Assembly (NCBI GenBank): GCA_028534125.1
Contig: CM052816.1
Coordinates: 92,754,001 to 92,818,000 of the forward strand
Origin: Lama glama
Lineage: Eukaryota
DNA length: 64,000 bases
Direction of reading: 5' to 3'
The stretch's first letter is position 1. Each line of letters opens with the position of its first letter. Positions 38,601 through 50,694 of this stretch are shown piece after piece. The position numbers were made by a program, and so were the translations under genes. The notes beneath the pieces are model-generated. The model saw only the letters and a program-made list of their open reading frames with translations. It did no database searches and was not told the origin of the DNA.

Positions 38601-39554
38601 ATGAATTTAGTTTGTTGAGAAAGTAGTTGATACGTTTGCTTGAAATAAAATGGTGAAAATGACTACTCTCCTCGCTGCATCTGATCCCAGGTGTTTCCAG
38701 GGCTTGGCTCTCCTGTGGTCCGTTACATCACACGGCCTTAGCCCCAGACCCGGCAAGCTGAAGCAAGTGTTTACAAGGCACAGGTAGGCTCCTGTTGCTA
38801 AAACACAAACAGGAACATGGGACAGGTCTAATTAAAGCACAAGAAAGCAGGTGTTTGCATCATGAAAAAAGAGGGTGCGGTGCTGGAAAGGTTTCCACTG
38901 CAAACTTCTGTCATCAGAGACTAGAAACTGTAGACACGGCTTAAAGAAAAAAACTGTGGAAGAAAAGAAGGAAGAAGGGTGGGAGGGAGGAGGGAAGGAA
39001 AGGAAAAGTAGGTGAAAGAAAAAGAAAAAGGAAGCGCAGGCTGTGCTTATGAACAGTCTGCCTCCTAAAGGCCCGGCGTGCACAGCAGGGCGCAGTCAGC
39101 TGCACGGGGTAAACGCCTGCCCGAGTCCCCACCTCCCCGCCCCCGGGCAGGCCCACAGATCTTGAGAATCAGGCAGGGAATGGCTCTCAGTGTGGGGGCT
39201 ATAAAGCCCTGGCATCAGGGTCCTGGATCACTAGGGAAACACATTAAAAACGAAGATTCTCTGTCTCTGGGGGTGGAGTATGAGAAGGTGCACTTATAAC
39301 CAGCACACTCAAGTTAGAAAAACACTAATTTAGGAAAAGAAAAAAATTACTTACAAGACAAAAGTGGCCCTTCCTTTCCCATCTTCCTTCCCCTCCCCTG
39401 CCGGCACAGAGGAAATGGGGCTCGGAGTCTGGGGCAGTGGAAGGGTGGAGGTGCCAAACAGGTGTTCCCAGGCCAGACTTTCTAAAGAAGTGGGCACCGG
39501 GGGTGGTCAGAGGCCAGTGAGAATGGTTGGGAGATTGAGAAGATTGAGCAAAGG

Positions 39555-40788
39555 CACTAACTGAATGAATAAATTAACATACTGAGGATAAAGGGAGCCA
39601 GGTTTCTTGTTGTCTTAAGAGGGGATACATCAACATAGAAAGGGAAAGGCTAGTACTGGATTAGAAATAGAAGTGTTAGTATGGACACATGTGGTTTTAA
39701 AACAGACACAGACACAGACACAGACACAGCTGTAGATGAATGAGGACGGACGGATGCATGGACGGCACCTACGTACACGTTCCCTGACTGTCTGCTCAAC
39801 ACCTCCCAATCAAATGAGCACCCCTGAATACCTGGATCTTTGCTTCTAAATACCACCCAACACTACAAGGAACCAGAACCTCTTAATGAGACAGCTGACC
39901 TCAGGGGTGAGACAGGGAAAGAACACAATGAGCCTGGGAACATCCTGCTATGCTAGAAAGTAATACTCAAAAAATGATACAGACAGATCAAAACAACACA
40001 GAAAGGGGCTCCTGCAGGCCGAACGTGGACAATTTAGGCATCGAAAGAGAATACTGGATTATAACTCGTTGAATATAATGAGGTTTGATAAATTCATACT
40101 GAAAGTAAAAATTAATAAATAAATGGGGAAGAAAGGAAATAAAGTTCCCCCTTACAGCAGATCACCTAATGAATATAGAAGGAACGATGGAAATGAGTGC
40201 CCACGATCAGACGGCCGTCACAGCGAAGCTGACATGGCAAGAATCACCAGTGGGCGCCAAGGTCGTGCGGAGTCCGATGAGTTACAGACATCGTGTTATT
40301 TCAGTACGTCCTCCCACAAAATGCTCATCAAAGACAAAACTTTAATGGTGATTTTACACTGGAGAAATCTTACAGACACCAACCTCACCAGGCGGCCTAG
40401 GTTAACACCATCAGTTGTGGGAGGGGCAGCATCCCAGGACCCACGGCCCCAGTCAGCCCTAGAAAACTGGATGGGCCGGGAGGTCGTGGGTCATCCTCCA
40501 GAACGGAAAGCCTGTACTCTCTGAGACTGTCGAAGACACCAGGCAGAGAAAGACTAAAGAACGTTCCAGCGTGAAGGAGGCCGACGGCTGGTAGGATGCT
40601 TGTGTTGTGTCAATGGCCATGTGATGGCTGGAGAGAGAGACGGGGGAAAGGGCGGAGCAAATGTAGGAACATGTTAAAAACTGGGCAATCTGCTCAAGGG
40701 AATGTGGACACTCTCTGCTCGCACTTTTCTGTGGCCTGAAACTATCTTGAAATTTAAATAATTTGAAAGGCCAAAAAAAAAAAAAAAA
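39555..40788 (+). mobile_element. L1MC-type 3'UTR with an internal (ACAGAC)n repeat
   Basis: TAAATTAACATACTGAGGATAAAGGGAGCCAGGTTTCT, AGAAATAGAAGTGTTAGT, terminal CTTTTCTGTGGCCTGAAACTAT and polyA. Confidence 0.7.
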
Positions 40789-41888
40789 CCCCTCACTCTT
40801 ACCTACTGGAAGTCTTCTCTGTTCAGCCAGTTCTAACCACTGTCTCCTTGAATCTACAGCTCAGTTGCAAACATGTTCTTAGGCTAAAAGTTAGGGTTTA
40901 AGACCTCAGCCTGGGAAGTTATTTATTTGCCGTTAAATTATTTTAAATTATTATTACTATCTTAAAATCTAATGAAACTGCACCATAGGTAAACCTCAGT
41001 TCCTGTGTCAAGATGCCCCATTTTTATAGAAGGTAGTAGAAACAGGGAGAGAATTCTGTACTTGACTAGACGTGCAGGCAAGCAGGCAGACTGGTCACCA
41101 GGCCAGAGGATGATACTGGTCAGGGCAGATTGAGTCTGAGGTAGGTCCCCCATCCTGCCAATCACCTTGCGTGTGAGCTGTTGGATCCCACAGTGGTCTG
41201 GAACCTACCACTGCAATCAAAACACAGCTCCCAAGAAAATCACTAGTAAGCAGATGAGTGAAGGCCTGGTTGCACCATGGATAACAGGGTCATCCATCCA
41301 CTTTCTGCGTCAAAATCGGACGACACACAGGGATAGAACACTAGGGCAAAGAATGTAACGTTTTCTGGAACTCACATATTCCTCATGAATCAACATGATA
41401 AAAAATTACAGACCTCTTCAATTTTCACTTTTACTGTTAAAAAAGTTACCACTTACATAGTCCCTAATAAACTAGATAACCAAATTAGCTAATAAACGCT
41501 GGGTGCAAAACTCAGAAGCACAACACAGAGCTGATGACTGTTTAAATTCCATGACAACATAAAGTCATGTTAAAAAGCTGACTATACTTCAATTTAAAAA
41601 AAATGGTAGGGGGGGATCTTGTTAAGCAAATAGGTGTCTAGAGAAACAAACATGTAGATATCAACTCTTATGGGCAGAAGGTTTGACCATATTCTGAAAC
41701 AAGTACTGTAGTTCAGTTCACCCATGGACACAAAGGCGTCAGGAGACTAGGTCCAAGGACATGAGAGTGACAGCTGTTTGGCGAAGCAGGATGGGCCAGA
41801 TTGAAGAGCAAATGATCAAATAACTTTGACGAGTGTGGCTGTGGTTCAAATCAAGGAAGAGCTGGATTTAAATATTTGTATTCAAATA

Positions 41889-42030
41889 TAGTTGTCCCTT
41901 GGTAATGAGGGAGAATGGTTCTAGGACCCCCCATGGATACCAAAATCAGTGGATGCTCAAATCCCTTATATAAAATGGTGCAGCACAGTTGGCCCTGGAG
42001 GCAGAACCCGGGGATATGGAAGGCTGACCA
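41889..42030 (+). mobile_element. MER2-type (Tigger) MITE, internally deleted
   Basis: TGGTTCTAGGACCCCCCATGGATACCAAAATCAGTGGATGCTCAAATCCCTTATATAAAATGG matches the remembered MER2 left end; GAACCCGGGGATATGGAAGGCTGAC matches the right end. Confidence 0.8.
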
Positions 42031-42309
42031 CACAATAACACCTACCTACTCTGTGCCCAGGCCTCTTCCAGGTGGTTTGAAACACTTTCTTACCAAGGCC
42101 TGACAGTAATCTTTCATATCAGCCTACAGTACTATAGATGCTCACAATAGATGCAGAAAGCATGTAGGCACAGAATTCTGACCCACCCACACTCACCTCC
42201 AGGAACTTAACCAGCATCGTCAAGGCAGACTGGTCTGAAGGGCTAGGTGACCATGACGTGGACAAGAGTGTCACGCCTGGACCCATGTGTATTTGTCACC
42301 ACTGCATCT

Positions 42310-42520
42310 AGCAGGTGATAAGGCACAAAGGCAGCCTGCCTGGGTTGCCATCCCCACTCCGCCTCCTACAGCTGCTGACCTGGCCCAAGTCACGTCACTG
42401 CCGTGCCGAGGTACCTCGTTCGTAACAGTGGGGTCAGTAAGAGGGGTCAGAGTCGGGGGCGTTTAATAAGTGATTTACATACCATCCTTACGACAAAGCC
42501 TGGCATAGAAGGTGGCAGAA
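42310..42520 (+). mobile_element. MIR SINE (GC-shifted)
   Basis: CTGCCTGGGTT...CAGCTGCTGACCTGGCCCAAGTCAC...GCCTGGCATAG. Confidence 0.55.
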
Positions 42521-43017
42521 AATAAAGCACGGATACGTTAAATAATTAATTTACCCTAAAATAATAAAACACCCCACTTAGATTCCTAAAACCACAAGCA
42601 GCTTGAAGAAACAGTGTGTGCCTCGCTACCCAGAACACAGGCTGCGTCAGCTTCCCTTTTTTCTAGAAAGTTTCATTCAAGAAGATTAAACTGGGTTTGA
42701 CTGGACTGAATAGCATACAATATACATATTTCCTAAATACAAGTAGGTAAGATTAAAATTTCATTCATTTTAACAGATAGAAATCTAAGCACTCTAAAGA
42801 AAATCCACAAATGTCACAAGTTTGCTTTCTGCCTCCACCCCGTTTCACCTACTATCCTTCCCCCCGTTCCCCTCCCATTCGAGTTCAAAAGTTACCAGGA
42901 AACTGCAGTTTTAACTCGAAACCTGTAAGTTCTTTTCTAATTTTTTAATTTTTTGCAGCTTTCAGTGCTACGACACAAAAACAGTGCTGCTTTCCACTGG
43001 AAGAACTGACCACGCAC

Positions 43018-43149
43018 CTCAGAGTAAGCCAGGGTGATGTGCTCGTAGATGCCCTGGTGGTGATGGATGGCGTCCTCCAGATCCTGCAGCTCGGAGGGAA
43101 GGTCCACCTCGCCGCACGCTTTGCACCATGAGTCCACGTTGCTCATATA
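43018..43149 (-). CDS. TRIO: TRIO coding exon (~exon 8, 132 nt): YMSNVDSWCKACGEVDLPSELQDLEDAIHHHQGIYEHITLAYSE
   Basis: Overlaps ORF 42937..43146. Acceptor TTTTTTAACCTTCCAAG|TAT, donor GAG|GTGCGT. Confidence 0.97.
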
Positions 43150-43294
43150 CTTGGAAGGTTAAAAAAAAAAATCATGTCTATCAACAGTAATTGACATTGA
43201 TAAGTGGCTATTTTTTAACGTGGTGTTGAAATAAGGGTGGTTGAGAGAGTGTCAAACAGCAGAGCATGGTTGAGTCTCCACCTCAAATGGCATT

Positions 43295-43440
43295 AATGTG
43301 AGTCCTCAAACCAGATTCCTGGACCCTGAGGCCCCATCCTCACCCCCAGCTGAGGTTCTGGCAGGGCGGGGGCTGGGCCCAGGAATCTGCATTTGAAACG
43401 CCAGCCTCAGGGGACCCTGTGTCACACCTGGGAGCACCTC
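43295..43440. mobile_element. MER5-like hAT-Charlie fragment
   Basis: CAGATTCCTGG...GGGCCCAGGAATCTGCATTT; similar weaker fragments at about 34060-34175 and 39175-39315. Confidence 0.5.
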
Positions 43441-46400
43441 TGCCCCTCGCTAGCTGTGTGGGGCATCCTGGTTAATCCTCCCATCCCACCTTTGAATCCG
43501 CGTGTCCACCTGCCTTCATCCTCAGCTGCACAGCAAGGGGCCCTCCTGCTTCCCTCTTGTATTAAAATGGTAACAGGGTGGGGGGGTCCAGGCACCTGAA
43601 ATCATCTACCTATCATCAGGAAGAGCAGGGGGTCCATTTTTCTACCTTTTCAAAAGTAAATGCACACAGGAATTAAAAGAGACCGAGTGAAGGGGGCCTA
43701 ACTCTCTCGGCTGTGCCCACTGGAAGGACGCGGAGGCTGAGGGCAGCATGGAGTCACTGGGGTCGTCTCACTTTGCCTGTAAATGAGAAGAGTATGGGCT
43801 GCAGGCTGTGGTCCTGGGCCACTGCCACCGTTCTAATCACTCAATTTTCTCCGCTGCCACCCCCACATCCCAGGATTCATTAATAGCTGAGAAATCACTG
43901 CCAAATTTCCCAGGGTGACCCTATGAGCACCCATCACAGGTAAGTGTCCAAGGCAAGCAGAAGGCCCAGTGAAAGACGTTAACTCAGTTAAGTCAAACAG
44001 ACACGGACACAATTCCCTGGGTTTCACTTTCGTACTCTAGGTCTTCCCCGTCTTTCTACTTATCACCGAATGCAGAGGGTGACTATTTAAATGGGGTAAC
44101 TGACCTGCCAGGCAAGAGATGTGCTATGATTCTCTTGACACTCTAGGACAGACCAGTCACCCGAGTAATAACTGTCTGTAAAAATCCCTTTATTATTAAT
44201 GCATTGGCTCAGAAGAATATCTCTATACAAATCTTAGGGCTCGAAATCAATTCACATGGCACTGAGTGTCATCTGATAGCATGTGGTTTCTTATGACTTC
44301 AAACAGGACTAAACGGATGCAGGCACAGCGGTGTCCTCGTTACCCTCCCCCCCACCATGCCTCCCTAACAAGGCAATGGAAGTACCAATAAAATTATGCC
44401 TCTCCCCCTCCGCATGTATCATGTATGACTACTTAAGCATATTTTTAAGTATTTCTTGGGTGTCGTTCTATAAATAAATGTCAGTTAGGTCAAGTTGATG
44501 ATTATAAGTATTCTGGATCTCTGTTTCACTCTATCTTCTTCCATTATTGCCTTTAACACTGATTATTAAATTATTGTAAACCTTTTTCAAACATGAATTG
44601 ACTGAGGTTAACCACCATCATTAATAAATCATCAATCAGGTCAAGCCAGCAATTAATATCTCCTGCTCACTGGCCACTGCAAAACGCCCAAAACAGAGTT
44701 GCAACCTGTTAAGAAGAGGTTAAAATGCTTCTGAAATAACAAGATGAAAAGAGGTTTTAGTTGTATAATACTTCACAACAAGCAGACGTGTCAGACTAAT
44801 ATATTATTGTATCAAAATGACTGCTCAATATATTCAACCCCAATTCTTGAAGCAATCAGTAAAGAAACAATCAAGCAGTTTTATGAATACCTGTAGTAAA
44901 AGTAACCTATCTATAACTTCTCAAAGTATCCTGAGAGGTAGTGATTATATTTACCTGCAAAAATGTAGGTAGGTTTTAAAAACACAGGGCAGGGTAGCTT
45001 ATAAAATGGAAATCTTGCGGGAAAAAGGATTCTGCACATGTAAACTCACGGGGCTAAAGCATCCCAAGGACAGAAATAAACCTGGCCATGGTTTTACAGG
45101 GACTCTGGCACAAGCATGATTTTTGTCTTTCATTTATGAGATGGCAATCCTTGCTCCAAAGGGCAAGCTCTGGGCCCTGAATGCTTCCTGAAAGCCTGAA
45201 CACCCAGAGGGTCTGAAGCCAAGGCCACCAGGGCAGCAATCCCCATTCAGAGAGCAGAGACAGAAGATGTTAGCAGGCATTCTGCAAAGGAAAAGAATCC
45301 TGGGGTCAAGTTTGGTGTCAAAGCTCAACAGGGACGTATAGAACAGAATCTCCCAGAGCCTCTTAATATGACAGTGTGCACTGTGAATGCAGTGAGGGGA
45401 AGCTGGTGTATCTGCTTAAAAACCTGTCCGGCCACTCTGCTACACTCCCCCTCCACACAGACACCTCTCACCATCTTGGCAAATACAGGCTGGGGTCGCA
45501 GCTTCAGGGGACACGTCGAGCACAGAGCATGATACACTGGGGAGGACGATGACAGAGGTGGCTGCTGAACTCTCGTGGGGCCAGGGCACCGGTTTAGTCT
45601 CCGATGCTTTACATGCTCAAATGTAGACCAAAATATGTGAACACACAGCATCTGGCCAGAATGCGGGCAGAGGCAGAAGAGTGCAAGGGCATCTGAGGCT
45701 TCCCCATCAATTCAGATTAGGAGCCGGCTTCAGACCTGGGGATTCTGCTCACAGCGGAATGGTCACTCGGGTGCTGCTCAATCTAAGAGGAAAGGAGCCT
45801 GGGCCAACCGGTTTGCAAAAGTGAGGCAAGAAGACAGGGCGAGCGATTAACACACAAGCTTTAAAAAGACAGCCTGGATAACTAATTAGCAGACTTATTT
45901 TCAGAAGCATTTATTCCACTACTCTCCATCTGCTGAGAGTGGGGGCGCCACCCGGGCTCGCTCTGCTGGGACCCTCCAAGCTAGTGAGTTTCACACCCAC
46001 CAGGAGCTCCCAACGGAGCATCCGCTGAGCGCAGGTGGTTAGTCTGATTTCGGAGACAAAGGGACCGAATCTTCCTAGAATGTAAATGTTTAAAACACTT
46101 ATTAGGGGGATTTTTCTCCTCTTTGGAAAAATTAAGACTGGCTGAATTACATACATATATTATATATGAATTCAAACTTTAGAGTTTCCTTTCTTATTTC
46201 TTCATCTTCTGCTTTCATTTCTAAGAAATAACAATGCTATTTTTTCTTTTTATTCCATCATTTCTACTCCCTGAATATTAATAAGCACACTCTCTTCTCC
46301 TCGTTCCTTTACAAGAGATGAGCTCCCTTCTCTGCTCAGCAACATTACAGGAGGGGTGAAGCCTTTTTCACTTGTGAATCCAGGTCTGACCACTCCAGCC

Positions 46401-47112
46401 CAGTAACCTGGAGAAGACAGGTTCAACCTGAACCAAAATATGCAGTGATCACTCTAAGAATCTTACATCTGTTTTCATTAATACCTTCTTCTTTCATACA
46501 TGCATATGTATATTCCAATTCCTGTTATATGAGAATCTTGTTTTTGTTCTACTATAAGCCAAGAATTAGACCTTTACTTGTAATAATGTGAAACAACATT
46601 ACAACAGGAACAATTACAAGTGTAGTCTTTGCCTTAGAAGTGCAAAAGGGAATACTGCAGCAGTATTCGTGCTATTTTCCTATAAATTTTAACCCAGACT
46701 TAGGATAAAATTTTCCAGATGATACCATTATACATTTACAGTAAATGTTAACTTCTAATATTTTGTATGGAAAGTGAAATTTTAGAAGAAAATTCAGGTA
46801 AATGCTCTGTTTGTGAAATAGTGTACAATTATGTCAGGAACAAAAGACTTTCCTAGACCTCAATGAAAGCCCCAGCTGGGGCGAATCACCCCCCAAAGAG
46901 AACACAAGGTCGGTAACAGCACCAGCCCCATCTACTTCACTGGGTGGTTTAAGGATGAGACGAGACTGCGTGTTACGGAGCTCTGTCACTTGTAAAGAAC
47001 AACACAAATCCTGCCTGCTGTCTTGTTTTTGGCTATTGTCAGATTACAGACCCTTCAAGTCATGGATAGAATGAGGTGCTCAGATCTATGGTTCACGCTG
47101 AAGGCAAACCTG

Positions 47113-47350
47113 CACCAGCACTAGCAGAACCTCCTGCAGTTATGGAAACGCGCAGCCGTCCTGCCCAGGACGACGGCCACCAGCCACATGCTGCTACCGA
47201 CTATCTGAAATGTGGGTACTGTGACTAAGGAAGTGCAGCTTAATTGAATTCAATTTTTAAATTATTTTATTAACAAATTTTATTGAACTTGAAAGTACCT
47301 TCAATAGCCACACATGGTGACCGGCTACTATACTGGACAGCGCAGCTCTA
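47113..47350. mobile_element. MER3-like hAT-Charlie MITE
   Basis: GCCACCAGCCACATG...GAAATGTGG...AATAGCCACACATGGTGACCGGCTACTATACTGGACAGCGCAG. Confidence 0.8.
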
Positions 47351-49699
47351 ATAATTTTTTTTTTTAAATAGTAAAAATTGGAGATTTTAAGGTGTGGTAA
47401 AATCAAGTCACTTTAACTCTTGGATTTATTAAAAGGTAATTCAAATAACATTTGCAATGGAAGCTTCTTAATATAAAGAGATATAACACATGACCAAAAA
47501 AAAAAAAAAAAAAAAAGAGGAGGCTGGACCCCTAAACATCACCTCTGGGTAAAACCACCAGCTCTGTGGCTGTGCTCCCAGATCAGCAGGCTGATGCTCT
47601 GACCCAGCACACACCTCACCAGGGATGACAGTGTGAGAGTAAAGGAACGGCCAAGACGTCGCTGGATGTGTCATCCTCATCCAGTTTTAACTTGAAGATG
47701 TGTATTTATAAAACCACATGCAGACACCAACACGAGAACACCCGCAGAGCCAGGGGGGCGGGCGGGCGCTCAGCACGCTCACCTACAAAGCTATCAGCTG
47801 TCACCCTTCCAGGACGGCTGCTGCCTTTACTAAGACCATTAACCACACAGTCCCACAGCTGACCCCTACGTCCCCTAATCAGATTTAAATTCTTCATGGC
47901 ACTCTGGATGAAGTTCAAAGGGTGGCTATGATGGAAACCTAACTGATGAGGTCCAAGTTCTGGGCCTTTCCCAACTGAGTTTATGAAAACAGCTTCAGCG
48001 TAACTAGAACGCAAAGTATTTAAACAGAGGAGACAAAGCTGACCTCTTCCTGGATCCCTCTCTTGGGAAGAGGAAAACTCCTCAGCAGGTGTGATCTCCT
48101 TCCATGGATCCGAATTTCAGTCAAGGGGAAGATACGCACTACACTTGAACCTGAGGGTAAATACTTCCAGGAGCTGCCCAGAGGTCCCACCTGCACATTT
48201 CAGTTGCCTGGTGCAGGCCGCACTGTCTGTCCCATCAGTGTCCGTCAGAGATGCCAGCCTTTCTCACTAGCCCACCCTGTCTCTGAGGTCACACATACCT
48301 GGCTTCTTCTCTGGCCACTGATACACATGGAGACCACAAGCCCTGTCAGAGCTCACGTGGGACAACACGTTCAGCATGTATTTATCTAGCTTCGTTTCCT
48401 TCAAACTCGTAACTTACAGCCATTCAATCTTATCCAAATAAAAATACCCAGGCTCTTTTGACTTTGGTGTGTGTTTTAAATTTTTGATAATAAAACACTG
48501 GTGGGGGGTGCCTCATGGCACCCAGATTTCTATATCATTTTCAGACAGGTCAGAGCAGCAAGTAATCTTCTGGGTTTATTTGCAATTCTGAAGCCTGCCA
48601 TGTCTATGAAAGAGACTTTCTCTATGTGTTATTATGCTTCAGATGACTTGCCATTCCTCCAAGCAGCTTGTCCTACTTCAAATTTATTTACATCATCCTA
48701 AGGGACCCTTCTGAGGGCCCGTTCCCAACGTACACATGTCCATGCCCACGCCCAGGGGGTTGCGGTACCCCCTACTATGTTACAATCCAGATGGCAGATG
48801 AGCCAGGACCACACAGCTCATCTCCCACTCACAACAAAGTCCAGTGAATACATCATGATCTTGACAATGACAGGGACCAGAGGTGAATGTAGACAGTGCT
48901 GTTTCATGCTGAAGGGGGATCTTGCCACTTTAAAACAGACTGTTTTGTGTGGGGGCTTTTGTTTCTCTTTTATTACAAAACTAGTTACAGGCACAAGGTT
49001 AGTAAATAGAAAAATCTTACCACTGAAACCCGGGAGTTCCCACTCGCAGCCTTCACAGGAGGCTATTAAGATTTTCCCCTCTCCATCCCACTCCGTTTCC
49101 TCTCTTGCTTCACACTGTAAAGGTTTCTAGAGCTGAGATCACTACTAATTAGTGTCTTGTGCAACATTCCAGCAGCCTTGCCAAGATCCCAGGCAAGCTG
49201 GGGCCTCGACCCTCCTGTGTCTTCACTCCCCAGTGGAGACTATTTCTAGACTAAAGGGTTACTATTCCCTTCTGAGAAGCATCATTGCAAACCCCTATGA
49301 ACAGGGGGTTTTTCCCCCAATAAATTATCCCTGAGGAAGCCATATTAGCATTTTTCCTTCTAGTGAAGGCAACCATGTGTCTCTTCCTCCTGTCTTTCTA
49401 GTCGCTGAAAGTTCCTGTGCTCTATCTTTCTTCACGTCTTGAAAAGGTGTTTCACTGCCCAGCGCACCTTCTACCACTAGCGTCTGGGTCACAAGTAATT
49501 CACTTTCCTTCTGCTGTTTTCCAAGCGTGTTCATTTCAGCAGGTTGCTTGTCTGTGGGAGTGTGGAGACTGCTGGGGGCACACATCACACACTACCTCTG
49601 AAATATGGTAACATGTCCAGCACACCAGCAGGTGAACCCCATGTGAAGCCCAAATCCATGCAACGAACTTCATAATCATGAAAGACACCGTAAACCGTC

Positions 49700-50130
49700 T
49701 GTCTACCCAAAAGCCACTCTTCTACCCCGGCCCTTGCTGGCAGAGTCTGCCTCTGCAGGGGAGGCTGGAAAGCTAAACCCTCCCTCTTCCACCCTCTCCT
49801 GCAGCCAGGGTGCAGGCGTGCACCCCCCTCCTGGCCCAGGGAACTGAGGGTAAGCAGGCTGGGCTGCAGGGACCTTCTGCCCTGATGAAAGTGACAGGAA
49901 CAGACACCATCACCCTTGCATGCACTGGACACAGCGGTTGAGGGGCTGGTGCTGGGAGCGGTGGCGCACACCCAGGACTGCCAGGCCAAGAGCAGACCCA
50001 GCCCTGGCGTCATCACGAGGCTACAACTCCCTGTGCTTTGCAACTTCCTGTCCTATGAGAAAAGAAAACCCCTGAGGTTTAAGCCTGACCTCTAGGCATT
50101 CTGTTACTTGCTGCCCAAGTGTCCTAACTG
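49700..50130 (+). mobile_element. MLT1 (ERVL-MaLR) solo-LTR remnant
   Basis: 3' end ATGAGAAAAGAAAACCCC..GTTTAAGCC...TTCTGTTACTTGCTGCC...CCTAACTG; left boundary uncertain. Confidence 0.55.
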
Positions 50131-50204
50131 GGACTCTCGAGTGACGATCCCGAGGAAGAAGCGGATCGGGAGGAGGGAGGAGGCGGACAGAACAGCCTCA
50201 GGTA

Positions 50205-50400
50205 CGGATTATCAGTGCTCGCTGCGCACCAGCCACCATGCAGGGCACCTAACGCGAGTTAACTCATTTACACCGTAAAACTGCCCCTCAAGTAGGTAAT
50301 TGTATTTCCACTTTACAAATGACACAAGAGAGGGACAGAGGGGTGAAAGAAGAATGTGAATAAGGTTGCACAGCAGGGGTGAGGGAGCTGGGGCTGAAGC
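50205..50400 (-). mobile_element. MIR SINE
   Basis: TTAACTCATTTA...TAGGTAATTGTATTTCCACTTTACAAATGA...AAGGTTGCACAGC. Confidence 0.6.
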
Positions 50401-50502
50401 ACAGCTGGCCGACTCAGAGCTCCGAGGGCCCTGGAGGACCAGCCGCGTGGATGGGGGGTGCTGGGGCAGGAGGGGGCTGGGGCGGGGGTGCCGAGCACTG
50501 AC

Positions 50503-50694
50503 CTTCTCGGCCTTCTGGTGGAAGACGGAGGACATGTCCAGCAGGGTGCTGCGCTCGTCCAGGGCGGCGGCGAACGCCTTCCACTCCTGCTCCAGCTGAT
50601 TTGCGATCTGCTTGATCTGCTGGGAGGCGTAGTGGCCCGACTCCACCAAGCGGTTGGCCACCGACATGATGCGGTTTATGTTGACGTACACGTT
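50503..50694 (-). CDS. TRIO: TRIO coding exon (~exon 7, 192 nt): NVYVNINRIMSVANRLVESGHYASQQIKQIANQLEQEWKAFAAALDERSTLLDMSSVFHQKAEK
   Basis: Inside ORF 50212..50748. Acceptor CCCCTTTCGCAG|AAC, donor AAG|GTCAGT. Confidence 0.97.

Noticed and set aside
46650..46668. Palindrome GAATACTGC-A-GCAGTATTC as a miRNA or other ncRNA
   Set aside because: 9-bp arms are too short for a precursor and may occur by chance in 64 kb.
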